DNA of 64,000 bases from Planctomycetota bacterium (GTDB taxonomy: Bacteria; Planctomycetota; B15-G4), in assembly GCA_965248575.1 (NCBI GenBank), contig CBDFJQ010000002.1:3968001-4032000 (forward strand). The letters are read 5' to 3'. The position numbers and the translations under genes were made by a program. Below, piece after piece: positions 50,379 through 60,304 of this stretch. Position 1 is the stretch's first letter, and the number at the start of each line of letters is the position of its first letter. The notes under the pieces are model-generated. The model did no database searches. It saw only the letters and a list, made by a program, of their open reading frames with translations, and was not told where the DNA came from.

Positions 50379-50858
50379 TTGAGAATCCTCCACTTCCAGC
50401 TGAACGGCGACGACGTCGAGATCGCCGCACCGGACCACTGGACCTTGCTCGAGGTGATCCGCTACCGCGCCGGGCTGACCGGCAGCAAGCAGGGCTGCGA
50501 CAAGGGTGACTGCGGTGCGTGCACCCTGCATGTGGATGGCAAGTCGATCCTGTCGTGCCTGACGCTGGCAGCGGATGTTGACGGTCGCAGCGTCACCACC
50601 ATCGAGGGCCTGGTGGGCCCCGAAGGCCCCGACGTCGTGCAGGACTGTTTCGACGAGGCGGGGGCCCTACAGTGCGGCTTCTGCCAGCCGGGCATGATGA
50701 TGGCCGCGCGCCAGTTGGTGACCGAGAAGCCCGGTGCCACTCGCGACGACATCAAGGCGGCGCTCTCCAGCAACCTCTGTCGCTGCACGGGCTACACGAA
50801 GATCTACGCTGCGGTCGAGGAGGCCTGCCGCCGGCAGCGTGAGGGCGCTGCCTCGTGA
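50379..50858 (+). CDS. Xanthine-dehydrogenase-family (2Fe-2S) subunit, HcrC-like
   Basis: GCDKGDCGACT, QCGFCQPG, NLCRCTGY; TTG start inferred. Confidence 0.92.
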   Translation: MRILHFQLNGDDVEIAAPDHWTLLEVIRYRAGLTGSKQGCDKGDCGACTLHVDGKSILSCLTLAADVDGRSVTTIEGLVGPEGPDVVQDCFDEAGALQCGFCQPGMMMAARQLVTEKPGATRDDIKAALSSNLCRCTGYTKIYAAVEEACRRQREGAAS

Positions 50859-53218
50859 ACGAGCGCAAGAGCATCAACCGCACCCATGGCCCGGATGCTC
50901 CCTTTGGAGAGTTCAGCAGGGTCGGCAAGCGGGCCCGCAAGGTGGACAGCATGGCCGTCGCCACGGGCCAGGCGATCTACACCGACGACATCCAGCTGCC
51001 GCGCATGCTGCACGCGAAGTTCCTGCGCAGCCCCCACGCCCACGCGCGGATCCTGTCCATCGACACGAGCCGGGCCGAGGCGCTGCCCGGCGTGCACGCC
51101 GTGGTCGTCGGCAGCGAGTTGCCCATCGGGTACGGCGTCATCCCGTGGACCATGGACGAGACCGCGCTGGCCGTGGACAAGGTGCGCTTCATCGGTGACG
51201 AGGTGGCCGCGGTGGCCGCGGTGGACGAGGACACGGCCAACGCTGCGGTGCTGCTGATCGATGTGGAGTACGAGCTGCTGAAGCCGTACTTCGACCCGCA
51301 GGAGGCGGCGCAGCAACACGACCCCGCCATCCACGAGGACAACCGCAAGGGCAACATCTCCAAGCACGTGCTGCTCGAGTTCGGCGCCGTCGACGAGGCC
51401 CTCGACGGCAGCGCGGTCTGCATCGAAGACGACTACAGCTTCCACGGTACGGCCCACGCGCCCATCGAGCCGCACTGCGCCGTGGCGCGCTGGTCCGGCG
51501 ATGGCGTGCTCACCCTCTGGTCGTCGACGCAGATCCCGCACTATGTGCACCGGCTGCTGGCGTCGGTGCTGGAGATGCCTGCGCACCGCATCCGGGTCAT
51601 CCAGCCCTATCTGGGCGGCGCCTTCGGTGGCAAGAGCGACCCCTTTAGCCACGAGTTCTGCGTGGCATTGCTGGCCAAGAAGGCCGGGCGCCCGGTGAAG
51701 ATGCTGCTCACCCGCGAGGAGACCTTCTACACCCATCGCGGTCGTCACCCCATGCAGATGAATTTCCGCACGGGGTGCGACGAGCACGGCAAGATCACCG
51801 CCGTGGACAGCAAGATCCTCATCGACGGGGGCTCCTATTCCTCCTTCGGCCTGGTCACCACCTACTACTCGGGCCAGCTGTTGTGTGGGCCCAGCGACTT
51901 CCCGACCTATCGATTCGACAGCACGCGCGTGTTCACGAACAAGCCGCCTTGCGGCCCGAAGCGTGGCCACGGTTCGGTGCAGCCGCGTTTTGCCCTGGAG
52001 ATCCAGCTGGATCGCATGGCGACGCAGCTCGGCATCGACCCGATCGAGTTCCGGCGGCTCAACTGCCAGGGCGAACACATCAAGACCGTGAATGGGCAGA
52101 CGGTCACCTCCAACGGCTTCCTGCGGTGCCTGGAGGCGGTGGAGAAGGCCAGCGGTTGGAAGCAGAAGCGCGGCAAGCTCCCGCCCAACCGGGGCATCGG
52201 CATCGCCGGCTCCATGTACATCTCGGGCACCAACTACTGCGTTTATCCCAACGACATGCCCCAGGCCGGGATCCTCGTGAAGCTGGACCGTTCGGGGCTG
52301 GCCACGGTCTTCACCGGTACGTCCGACATCGGGCAAGGGTGCACATCGGTGATGGCCACCTTGGTCGCCGAAGAGCTGGGCTTGCGCCTCGACCAGGTGC
52401 GCGTGGCTACGACGGACTCCGACCTCTGTCCGGTCGACCTCGGCGCCTACAGCAGCCGCATCACGCTCATGGCCGGCAACGCCGCCGTGGACGCCGGGCG
52501 AAAGTTGCGCAAGCAGGTGCAGGAGGCGGTGGGAGAGAAGCTGGGCATCCCGACGAAGCGCGTCATGTTGGCGGATGGTTTCGCCTTCGACCGCGAAGAC
52601 GGCGACCAGCGCCTCACGACCCAGGAAGCCTTCCAACTCGCCGAGGCCAAGTTCGAGACCCTCTCGGCCTCGGGCAGCTACAACACGCCCGAGCGCGGGG
52701 GCGACTACCGCGGCGGCACCATCGGCGCCTCACCGGCCTACTCCTTCACGGCGCACGTCGCCGAAGTCGAGCTGGACCCTGAGACCGGTGAGATCCACGT
52801 GGAGAAGCTCTGGATCGCCCACGACTGCGGCCGTGCCATCAGCCCTGTGCAGGTGGAAGGGCAGATCGAAGGCAGCACCTACATGGGGGTGGCGGAGATC
52901 CAGCTCGAGCACCACGAGGTGTACGGGGGCGAGATGGCGGAGTCGGGGCTGCACAGGCGGCCTTCCTTGCTGGAGTACACGATCCCTACCACGGTCGACA
53001 CGCCGGAGTTCGAGGCCTTGATCGTGGAGTCCATCGACCCCGAGGGGCCGTATGGGGCGAAGGAAGCCGGCGAAGGTCCACTGCACGGCTCACTGCCCGC
53101 AGTGGCCAACGCCATCTATGACGCCTGCGGGGTGTGGATGACCAAGTTGCCCTTCACGCCTGGAAGTGTCTTGGCGGCCTTGAAGTCACGTGATGCTGCC
53201 GAAGAGGAGGCTCGCTGA
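50855..53218 (+). CDS. Xanthine-dehydrogenase-family molybdopterin subunit, HcrA-like
   Basis: GGAFGGK, RGHG, DLGAYSSR, GQIEG, GAKEAGEG; GTGA overlap with the upstream gene. Confidence 0.9.
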   Translation: MNERKSINRTHGPDAPFGEFSRVGKRARKVDSMAVATGQAIYTDDIQLPRMLHAKFLRSPHAHARILSIDTSRAEALPGVHAVVVGSELPIGYGVIPWTMDETALAVDKVRFIGDEVAAVAAVDEDTANAAVLLIDVEYELLKPYFDPQEAAQQHDPAIHEDNRKGNISKHVLLEFGAVDEALDGSAVCIEDDYSFHGTAHAPIEPHCAVARWSGDGVLTLWSSTQIPHYVHRLLASVLEMPAHRIRVIQPYLGGAFGGKSDPFSHEFCVALLAKKAGRPVKMLLTREETFYTHRGRHPMQMNFRTGCDEHGKITAVDSKILIDGGSYSSFGLVTTYYSGQLLCGPSDFPTYRFDSTRVFTNKPPCGPKRGHGSVQPRFALEIQLDRMATQLGIDPIEFRRLNCQGEHIKTVNGQTVTSNGFLRCLEAVEKASGWKQKRGKLPPNRGIGIAGSMYISGTNYCVYPNDMPQAGILVKLDRSGLATVFTGTSDIGQGCTSVMATLVAEELGLRLDQVRVATTDSDLCPVDLGAYSSRITLMAGNAAVDAGRKLRKQVQEAVGEKLGIPTKRVMLADGFAFDREDGDQRLTTQEAFQLAEAKFETLSASGSYNTPERGGDYRGGTIGASPAYSFTAHVAEVELDPETGEIHVEKLWIAHDCGRAISPVQVEGQIEGSTYMGVAEIQLEHHEVYGGEMAESGLHRRPSLLEYTIPTTVDTPEFEALIVESIDPEGPYGAKEAGEGPLHGSLPAVANAIYDACGVWMTKLPFTPGSVLAALKSRDAAEEEAR

Positions 53219-54231
53219 TGCTGCGTCTGCCGAGCTTCCGCCATGAGTCGCCTGCGACCGTCGAAGAAGCCGTGGCCTTGTTGGCCGAACACCCTGGCCG
53301 CGCGCGCCTGCTGGCCGGTGGCACCGACATCCTGCCCAACCTCAAGCACGGCATCGAAGAGGCTGACGTGCTCGTCTCCCTGGCCAAGCTCAAGGGGCTC
53401 GACGCGGTCCGGGAGGTCGAGAGTGGGCAGGCGGCGGGCGGGCTCGAGCTGGGGGCGATGCTCTCGCTCGAGGCCTTGGCCGAGCACCCGCTGGTGTTGG
53501 CGCGCTATCCGGCGCTGGCGACGGCGGCGGGCTTGGTGGCCGGACCGCACCATCGACGCATGGGGACGCTGGGCGGCAACGTCTGCCTCAACACCCGCTG
53601 CGTGTACATCAACCAGAGCCACTTCTGGCGCGAGTCCTTGGGCTACTGCCTCAAGAAGGATGGCGAGGCGTGCCATGTGGTGAAGGGTGGCAAGCGTTGC
53701 GTGGCGGCGGCCAGCAATGACACCGCCCCGGTGCTGACGACCTTGGGTGCCAGCCTGCGCTTGCGCAGCCATGCCCGTGGGGTGCGCGAGCTGTCGATCG
53801 CAGATTTCTACGTGTTGGACGGCGTCCACAACAAGCTGCTGGAGGCCGACGAACTCCTGGAGTGCGTGGTGATCCCTCCGCCGCCGGCCGGGCTGCATTC
53901 GGCCTATGAGAAGCTCCGGCCCCGGGGGAGCATCGACTTCCCTCGGCTGTCCGTGGCGGTGGCGTTCCGGCTGGAGAACGACCTGGTCAGGGAGCTCGAG
54001 ATCGTGGTCTCCGCCCTGGCTGCCCGCCCGACCCGCTTGAAGCGTGTTGGGGAGCTCTCCGAGGGTCGGGTGCTGGATGACGCCTTGCTGGAGGAGCTGG
54101 CTGCAGCGGCCTTCAAGCAGTGCCACCCACTCACCAACATTGATGGGGATGCCACCTACCGTCGGGAGATGGTTCCCGTCTTCGTGAAGCGGGCCATTCG
54201 CCAGGCCAGGGACGCTGGGCAATCGAGCTGA
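53218..54231 (+). CDS. FAD subunit with extra [4Fe-4S] Cys insert, HcrB-like
   Basis: AGGTD, GTLGGN and a Cys insert RC..INQS.FWR...GYCLK..G..CH......C. Confidence 0.9.
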   Translation: MLRLPSFRHESPATVEEAVALLAEHPGRARLLAGGTDILPNLKHGIEEADVLVSLAKLKGLDAVREVESGQAAGGLELGAMLSLEALAEHPLVLARYPALATAAGLVAGPHHRRMGTLGGNVCLNTRCVYINQSHFWRESLGYCLKKDGEACHVVKGGKRCVAAASNDTAPVLTTLGASLRLRSHARGVRELSIADFYVLDGVHNKLLEADELLECVVIPPPPAGLHSAYEKLRPRGSIDFPRLSVAVAFRLENDLVRELEIVVSALAARPTRLKRVGELSEGRVLDDALLEELAAAAFKQCHPLTNIDGDATYRREMVPVFVKRAIRQARDAGQSS

Positions 54232-54391
54232 GGCCTACCCAAACCGGGCACAAGGCCGGGTAGGCGTCTTGCCGATGGAATGCCAGACAACCTGAGCCCT
54301 GCTTGCCGGGCAATCGACGGACCCGCTAGACTCCGCGGTTTCCGTCCGGCGTGCCTCGGCCCACGTATCCCCTCCTCCACCGAAGACCCCT

Positions 54392-54604
54392 ATGTTCCAG
54401 CCTGTTCTCGCCTTCCTGGAGCGCTTCGGCAACGTCATCGGACGTTTCCTGCTGACGATCGTGTACTTCGTCGCAGTGGCGCCGGTCGCCATCGTCTACC
54501 GCTCGGTGGCCGATGTTCTGCTGACCAAGACGGCCCCGACCACGACCTTCCGGGATTGGGATTCCATCAACGAGACGCTCGAAGACGCACGGCGGCAGGA
54601 CTGA
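54392..54604 (+). CDS. Small SxtJ-like membrane protein
   Basis: G....R.LLTIVYF..VAP...YR...D.L pattern; directly upstream of the carbamoyltransferase. Confidence 0.65.
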   Translation: MFQPVLAFLERFGNVIGRFLLTIVYFVAVAPVAIVYRSVADVLLTKTAPTTTFRDWDSINETLEDARRQD

Positions 54605-54608
54605 CTCC

Positions 54609-56399
54609 ATGAACATCCTCGGACTCTCTTTCTACTACCACGACGGCTCCGCCGCCCTCGTCCAGGACGGGCACCTCGTGGCCGCCGGCGAAGAGGAACG
54701 CTTCAGCCGTCGTAAGCACGATCCGGGCTTCCCGGAGATGGCCATCCAGTTCTGCCTCGACCAGGCAGGGATCACCATCGACGACGTCGACTACGTCGTC
54801 TTCTACGAGAAGCCCTTCGTGAAGTTCGAGCGCCTGCTACTCACGGCCTTCCAGACCTTCCCGAGTTCCTTGCGCGTGTTCCGTGAGAGCATGCTCACCT
54901 GGATGCAGAAGAAGCTCTGGGTGAAGAGCCACATCATCGAGAAGCTGAAGATCCCCAAGAGCAAGATGCTCTTTGCGGACCACCACATGAGCCATGCGGC
55001 GGCCTCCTTCTTCTGCTCGCCCTTCGATGAAGCGGCCGTGCTGACCTTGGACGGCGCCGGCGAGTGGACCACGGCCACGATGGGTGTGGGCCGCGACACC
55101 AAGATCGAGATCCAGAAGGAGATGCGCTTCCCGCACTCAGTAGGACTGCTCTACTCCGCCTTCACGGCCTACTGCGGCTTCGAGGTGAACGAGGGCGAGT
55201 ACAAGTTGATGGGCATGGCGCCCTATGGCGAACCCAAGTACGTGGATCGGATCATGAAGATGATCAAGATCAACGACGACGGCTCGCTCTGGCAGGACAT
55301 GAAGTATTTCGCCTACCACTGGTCGGCCACGAGCAGCTTCACGCCGGCGCTGGAAGAGGTCATGGGCCGCCCCGCGCGTGACCCGGCCCTGGAAGACAAG
55401 AGCCTCGACCCCTTCTACTGCGATGTGGCCATGTCCATCCAGAAGGTGACCGAGACCATCGTCAAGAAGATGGTCAACCACCTGGTCAAGACCACGGGCT
55501 GCAAGAACGTCTGCCTGTCGGGCGGTGTCTCGCTCAACTCCGTGGCCAACGGCAAGCTGACCAAGGAGACGGACGCCGAGCAGCTCTACATCCACCCGGC
55601 TGCGGGCGATGACGGGTGCTCGGCGGGCGCAGCCCTCTGGGCCTACCACCACCTTCTGGGCAACCCGCGCGTGGGTCCCTTGGAGCACGCGTACCTCGGC
55701 AGCGAGTACAGCGATGCCCAGGTGGAGGAGTTCCTCACCACCAACGACATCCCCTTCGAGCGGATCGAGGACAACGAAGCCTTCTACGACCGCGTCTCGG
55801 ACGATCTCATCGCCGGCAAGGTGGGCGGTTGGTTCCGTGGGCGCTTCGAGTGGGGCCCCCGGGCCCTGGGCGCCCGTTCCATCATCGCGGACGCACGCAG
55901 CACCGAGATGAAGGAGATCGTCAACGCCAAGATCAAGTTCCGCGAGGCCTTCCGACCCTTCGCGCCGAGCGTGCTCGAAGAGCGTGCCCGGGAGTGGTTC
56001 GAGCTCGAGGAGGGCGACGAATGCTGGGCTGCCCGCTTCATGCTCTATGTGGTTCCGGTGCGCGAAGAGAAGCGTGACGAGATCCCGGCCATCACCCACG
56101 TGGACGGCTCGGGCCGCCTGCAGACGGTGATCCAGAAGTACAACCCCGGTTACCACCGGCTCATTGAGCGCTTCGCCGAGAAGACCGGCGTGCCCGTCAT
56201 CCTGAATACCTCGTTCAACCTGAAGGGCGAGCCCATCGTCGAGACGCCCGCCCAGGCCTTCAACACCTTCAGCCGCAGCGAGATGGACGTGCTCTACCTG
56301 GGCAACTACATCGTCATCAAGGACGCCAAGAAGATCATCGACAGCACGCCTTTCATGCTGCGGCATGAGGGCGATCGCGTTGCGGAGATGGTGAGCTGA
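54609..56399 (+). CDS. O-carbamoyltransferase (CmcH/NodU/SxtI family)
   Basis: YHDGSAAL, EEERFSRRKH, HHMSHA, EYKLMGMAPYG, GPRALGARS, KFREAFRPFAP, HVDGSGRLQ, NTSFN. Confidence 0.96.
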   Translation: MNILGLSFYYHDGSAALVQDGHLVAAGEEERFSRRKHDPGFPEMAIQFCLDQAGITIDDVDYVVFYEKPFVKFERLLLTAFQTFPSSLRVFRESMLTWMQKKLWVKSHIIEKLKIPKSKMLFADHHMSHAAASFFCSPFDEAAVLTLDGAGEWTTATMGVGRDTKIEIQKEMRFPHSVGLLYSAFTAYCGFEVNEGEYKLMGMAPYGEPKYVDRIMKMIKINDDGSLWQDMKYFAYHWSATSSFTPALEEVMGRPARDPALEDKSLDPFYCDVAMSIQKVTETIVKKMVNHLVKTTGCKNVCLSGGVSLNSVANGKLTKETDAEQLYIHPAAGDDGCSAGAALWAYHHLLGNPRVGPLEHAYLGSEYSDAQVEEFLTTNDIPFERIEDNEAFYDRVSDDLIAGKVGGWFRGRFEWGPRALGARSIIADARSTEMKEIVNAKIKFREAFRPFAPSVLEERAREWFELEEGDECWAARFMLYVVPVREEKRDEIPAITHVDGSGRLQTVIQKYNPGYHRLIERFAEKTGVPVILNTSFNLKGEPIVETPAQAFNTFSRSEMDVLYLGNYIVIKDAKKIIDSTPFMLRHEGDRVAEMVS

Positions 56400-56926
56400 T
56401 GTTGCTCTCGAACCTCGAAAACCTGCCTGCGGTGTTCGCTCTCGCGGACGGAGACAGCGCCCTCGGAACGATGGAGTTCATCTTCCTGGGTCTGTGGCTG
56501 CTGTTCACCTCGCTCTACTGGTCGGCGTACAAGAAGCAGGAGAACCTGCCCATGTCCGCCGTGAAGGTGGGCTTGCTGCTGGGCTTCGTCTACTCCGTCA
56601 TCCGCGTCTTTGACTGGATGCAGGAAGCTGTCCCGGCTGAAGAAGTGCTGACTCTTTGGGGTCTGCTCTCGGCTGCGGAAGTGGGTGGGTCACGGGTGCC
56701 CTTCATGGGCTCCGCCTTCACCTACTTCGTCGTGGGCATCCTGGTGCTTGTGGCCTGGCACTCCCGGCGCAAGTTCGCCACCGTGGGCGGTGTCGTCCTG
56801 TCAGCCTGGGATCGCGGCCACTGGTACATGTTGCCGGTCATCTTCATCCTGATGACGGTGGGCCTGCTGCTCGTGGCTGCCGCTGCCTCCCCGGTGCTCT
56901 CGCCCTTCATCTACACCCTCTTCTAG
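56399..56926 (+). CDS. Membrane protein with C-terminal DUF5989/SxtK-like segment
   Basis: Ends W.R..W..LP......L.......SP..SPFIYTLF*; TGATG overlap with the upstream gene. Confidence 0.8.
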   Translation: MLLSNLENLPAVFALADGDSALGTMEFIFLGLWLLFTSLYWSAYKKQENLPMSAVKVGLLLGFVYSVIRVFDWMQEAVPAEEVLTLWGLLSAAEVGGSRVPFMGSAFTYFVVGILVLVAWHSRRKFATVGGVVLSAWDRGHWYMLPVIFILMTVGLLLVAAAASPVLSPFIYTLF

Positions 56927-56983
56927 GGTGCCCGATGGTCCGGCTGGGAAAGCCGGACGGGGACGAGATCCCCGGCGCCGCCA

Positions 56984-57544
56984 TCAGCGCCGAGTCTTCG
57001 CCCCCGCCCGCCTGGATGTTCCAACGCCAGCCTGTTCGAGCGCATCGCGGTGCGAGAGGGGGAAGAACCAACTCGCGCGGTCGGAGACTTCCTCCGCCAC
57101 GAGCGGTGCGGCGCCCTCTCCGAAGGACTCGCTGACCCAGCTGACGCGATTCGCGAAGGGGGCCAGCAGCGTGAACAGCATGGCAGCGCAGGCGATGCCC
57201 ACGAGCACACCGAAGGGTCGATAGGTCGCTACGGGATCGATCTTCTTCTTGCCGCCGGCACCGCCGAGCAGGCGTGCCAGGGCGGGTAGGATCAACAGCA
57301 CGCCCGAGATGAAGCCGAAGGCGGTCAGCTGGGAGGCATTGTCGTTCGGGCTGTTGGGCATCCAGCCGAGCACGGTCGGGGTCAGGACCTGGGCCAACCA
57401 GAGGCTGACCATGAGCCAGAGCAACATGCCGAAGACCGGACCCAGGCCACGCATCAGGCCCATGATGACACCCATCAGCATGAGCATCAGGGCAATGCAG
57501 TCGATCGCGGCAATATCAGACAGCCAACTGCTGGCGCCGTCCAT
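56984..57544 (-). CDS. CvpA family membrane protein
   Basis: ID.I.L......GL.RG pattern, 4 TM segments, R.FG.L.G. Confidence 0.7.
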   Translation of the reverse strand: MDGASSWLSDIAAIDCIALMLMLMGVIMGLMRGLGPVFGMLLWLMVSLWLAQVLTPTVLGWMPNSPNDNASQLTAFGFISGVLLILPALARLLGGAGGKKKIDPVATYRPFGVLVGIACAAMLFTLLAPFANRVSWVSESFGEGAAPLVAEEVSDRASWFFPLSHRDALEQAGVGTSRRAGAKTRR

Positions 57545-57633
57545 GGAACGTCTCCGAGGACATGGAGAGACTTGTTGCTCAGTCCCTCTATAATCCCGCG
57601 CGCATCCGCATCTTCAACAGAAACCTAGAATCC

Positions 57634-59982
57634 ATGCTGACTCCCCAGAAGCTCCACGCCGAGATCCCGCACTGGATTCGCATCCAGGATGTGGTTGACC
57701 AGTGCCTCGATTTCACCCTGAACCTCTCCCAGAGTGGTCACCCTGGAGGGAGTCGATCCAAGGTGCATGCGATGCTCACCCTGCTCCTTTCGGGTGCCAT
57801 GCGTTGGGACATCGGCAGCCCGCAGAAGCGCTTCGCGGACCGTTTCGTGCTCGTGGCAGGCCACACGAACCCGGTGGTCTATGCGCTCCTGGGCGTGTTC
57901 AACGAGGCCATGCGCCTGCGGCACGAGCAGACGGGGGACGCGCGCTTCGCCGCTCCCCTGGGAAGGGATTTCACTCTCCTGCCGGAGGATCTGCTGACCT
58001 TGCGCCAGCACGGCGGGCTGCCGGGCCACGCCGAGATGGAGGGGCGCACCCTCTTCTTCAAGGCGAACACGGGGCCGTCTGGCCATGGCGCGCCCTTCGC
58101 CTGTGGCCAAGCGATGGCCCTCAAGCACGCAGGTGCTGGAGATGTGCGCGTCTTTGCCATGGAGGGCGAGGGCGGACACACCGCCGGCGCCCACCACGAG
58201 GTGAAGAACAGCGCCTGGGGGCTTGGGCTGGGCAACCTGACCTACCTGCTGGACTGGAACGACTACGGCATCGATGACCAGGCGGTGAGCAGCGTGGTGC
58301 CTGGAACCCCCCAGAGTTGGTTCGAGCCCTACGGTTGGCGGGTGACGGGTTGCGACGACGGGGCGGACTTCGGCCAGTTGATCGATGCCTTCCACGAGGT
58401 CCTGGGTGCGCGCGACGCCAGCGAGGCCGTCCCCAGTTGCGTGTGGTTCCGGACCCGCAAGGGGCGCGGCTATGGGAAGTACGACAACGCCTCGCACGGG
58501 GCGCCCCACAAGTACAACGACGCCGGTTTCTGGGCAGCGCGGGAGGCCTTTTGCGAAACCTATGGCATCTCCTACGACGGCAAGGGGGTCGAGCCGTCGG
58601 GCGACCGCGACCTGCGCGTGGCCCAGACGCGAGACAACATGCAGCGCGCGCTCTCGGTGCTCATGGAGGATCAAGCGACCTTCGAGTTGCTCACGAATCG
58701 GCTCGCTGATCTCGGCGCCTCGGTGCCGGCTGACCTGCCGAGCTTCAACTGGGATCTCGCCAAGGATCCGCTCGAAGACCCAGCCCTCACGGACCCGGCG
58801 CAGCTGCCGGAAGAGGTGTTCGTCAAGCCGGGGTCCATGGCGCCGAACCGCAAGGGCTTCGCCAGCTTTGGCGCCTACGCGAACGCCGTGGGGGCCAGCA
58901 GGTATGGGCGGCCGCTGTTCCTCGTGTGCTCAGCAGATCTGGCTGAGAGCACCAACATCGCGGGCTTCGGCAAAGCCTGGGATGGCTTCGAGGGCTACGG
59001 ATGGTACGAGCGGGCCAAGGCGCCGGGTGGCGCCGTCTTGCCCCAGGAGATCACGGAGTTCACCAACGCTGGCCTGGTCTGCGGCATCGCCTCGGTGAAC
59101 TTCTCCGACAAGCCCTTCGAATCCTATCGCGGCTATCTCGCGGGCTGCTCCACCTACGGTTCCTTCAGCTACCTGAAGTACGGCCTCATGCGGCTTTTCA
59201 GCCAGATGTGCCAGGACAGCCAGGTGAAGCTGGGGCGCGTGATCTGGGTCGCCGGGCACAGTGGGCCGGAAACGGCCGAGGACAGCCGCACGCACTTCGG
59301 CATCTTCAGCCCCGGGGTGACCTCGCTCTTCCCGACTGACCACGTGGTGAACCTGCACCCCTGGGAGGCGAATGAGGTGCCTGTGGTGCTCTCGGCCGCC
59401 CTGGGAAGTGGCATCCCCATCATCGTCCTGCACCTAACGCGACCGCCGATCGAGATCCCCGATCGCGTTGCACTCGGCATGGACAGCCACATGGAAGCGG
59501 CCAAGGGGGCCTACGTCATCCGGCCCTTTGATCCGAACCGGGCTCCCGAGGGCACGGTGATCATCCGTGGGACCTCCACCACGGCCAGCATGATGAAGCT
59601 GCTGCCCTGGCTCGAGGGGGAGGGCCCCAACATCAAGGTGGTGGCGGCCATCTCACACGCCCTCTTCCGGCGCCAGCCGCCGGAATGGCGGGAACGGGTC
59701 CTGCCCGACGGCGAGTGGGCCAACTCCATGGTGGTGACCAACACGGCGGCGCGCTTGATGGGGAACTGGGTTCCTCATGCGGTGGCCAAGGACTACATCG
59801 TGTCCCCTGACTGGGACAACAACTGGCGAACGGGCGGGTCTGTGAGCCAGATCACGACGGAGGCGCAGATTGACCCGGAGGGCATCCGGGCAGGCATCGA
59901 GCGCTTCGTGAGCGAGGCTGGCGACCGGCGCCATCGGATGTCCACGTTGCTGGCGGGCTTGGATAGCGCGCTCAACGTCTGA
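57634..59982 (+). CDS. Transketolase-like ThDP enzyme (atypical, ~780 aa)
   Basis: SGHPGG, DRFVLVAGH, LPGHAE, NTGPSGHG, SADLAEST, EDSRTH; TATAAT upstream at 57588. Confidence 0.88.
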   Translation: MLTPQKLHAEIPHWIRIQDVVDQCLDFTLNLSQSGHPGGSRSKVHAMLTLLLSGAMRWDIGSPQKRFADRFVLVAGHTNPVVYALLGVFNEAMRLRHEQTGDARFAAPLGRDFTLLPEDLLTLRQHGGLPGHAEMEGRTLFFKANTGPSGHGAPFACGQAMALKHAGAGDVRVFAMEGEGGHTAGAHHEVKNSAWGLGLGNLTYLLDWNDYGIDDQAVSSVVPGTPQSWFEPYGWRVTGCDDGADFGQLIDAFHEVLGARDASEAVPSCVWFRTRKGRGYGKYDNASHGAPHKYNDAGFWAAREAFCETYGISYDGKGVEPSGDRDLRVAQTRDNMQRALSVLMEDQATFELLTNRLADLGASVPADLPSFNWDLAKDPLEDPALTDPAQLPEEVFVKPGSMAPNRKGFASFGAYANAVGASRYGRPLFLVCSADLAESTNIAGFGKAWDGFEGYGWYERAKAPGGAVLPQEITEFTNAGLVCGIASVNFSDKPFESYRGYLAGCSTYGSFSYLKYGLMRLFSQMCQDSQVKLGRVIWVAGHSGPETAEDSRTHFGIFSPGVTSLFPTDHVVNLHPWEANEVPVVLSAALGSGIPIIVLHLTRPPIEIPDRVALGMDSHMEAAKGAYVIRPFDPNRAPEGTVIIRGTSTTASMMKLLPWLEGEGPNIKVVAAISHALFRRQPPEWRERVLPDGEWANSMVVTNTAARLMGNWVPHAVAKDYIVSPDWDNNWRTGGSVSQITTEAQIDPEGIRAGIERFVSEAGDRRHRMSTLLAGLDSALNV

Positions 59983-60304
59983 CAAGACTGCGGCCGATCC
60001 TTCCCAGGAGAGCTTTTCTGCAGCTTGGGGTTGCCATCTCGGCCACTTCCCCGTATTCCCTACGGGTTTGATCTCCCCCCTAAAAGTTGCTTCTTGGCAG
60101 AGGCGAGGGCTGAGAATCGCGCTATTCCCAGAGGCCTCACGAGGCTGCCCCGGGATGAGGCGGTTCTGGTCTTTCAGTGCCCGGACATAGCCTTTCGGAG
60201 GGAGCCCCCCGTCTACTGACATTGGGATACACTACCGCCCCTCGGGCAGCCTTGACTCACTTTGAGACACTCTCACAAGGTGTTGCGCGGGGGGGGATTT
60301 TGCC

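Noticed and set aside
54392..56926. Saxitoxin biosynthesis cluster
   Set aside because: Only sxtI/J/K-like genes are present; no sxtA/G/B-type core genes, and such modules occur in non-producers.
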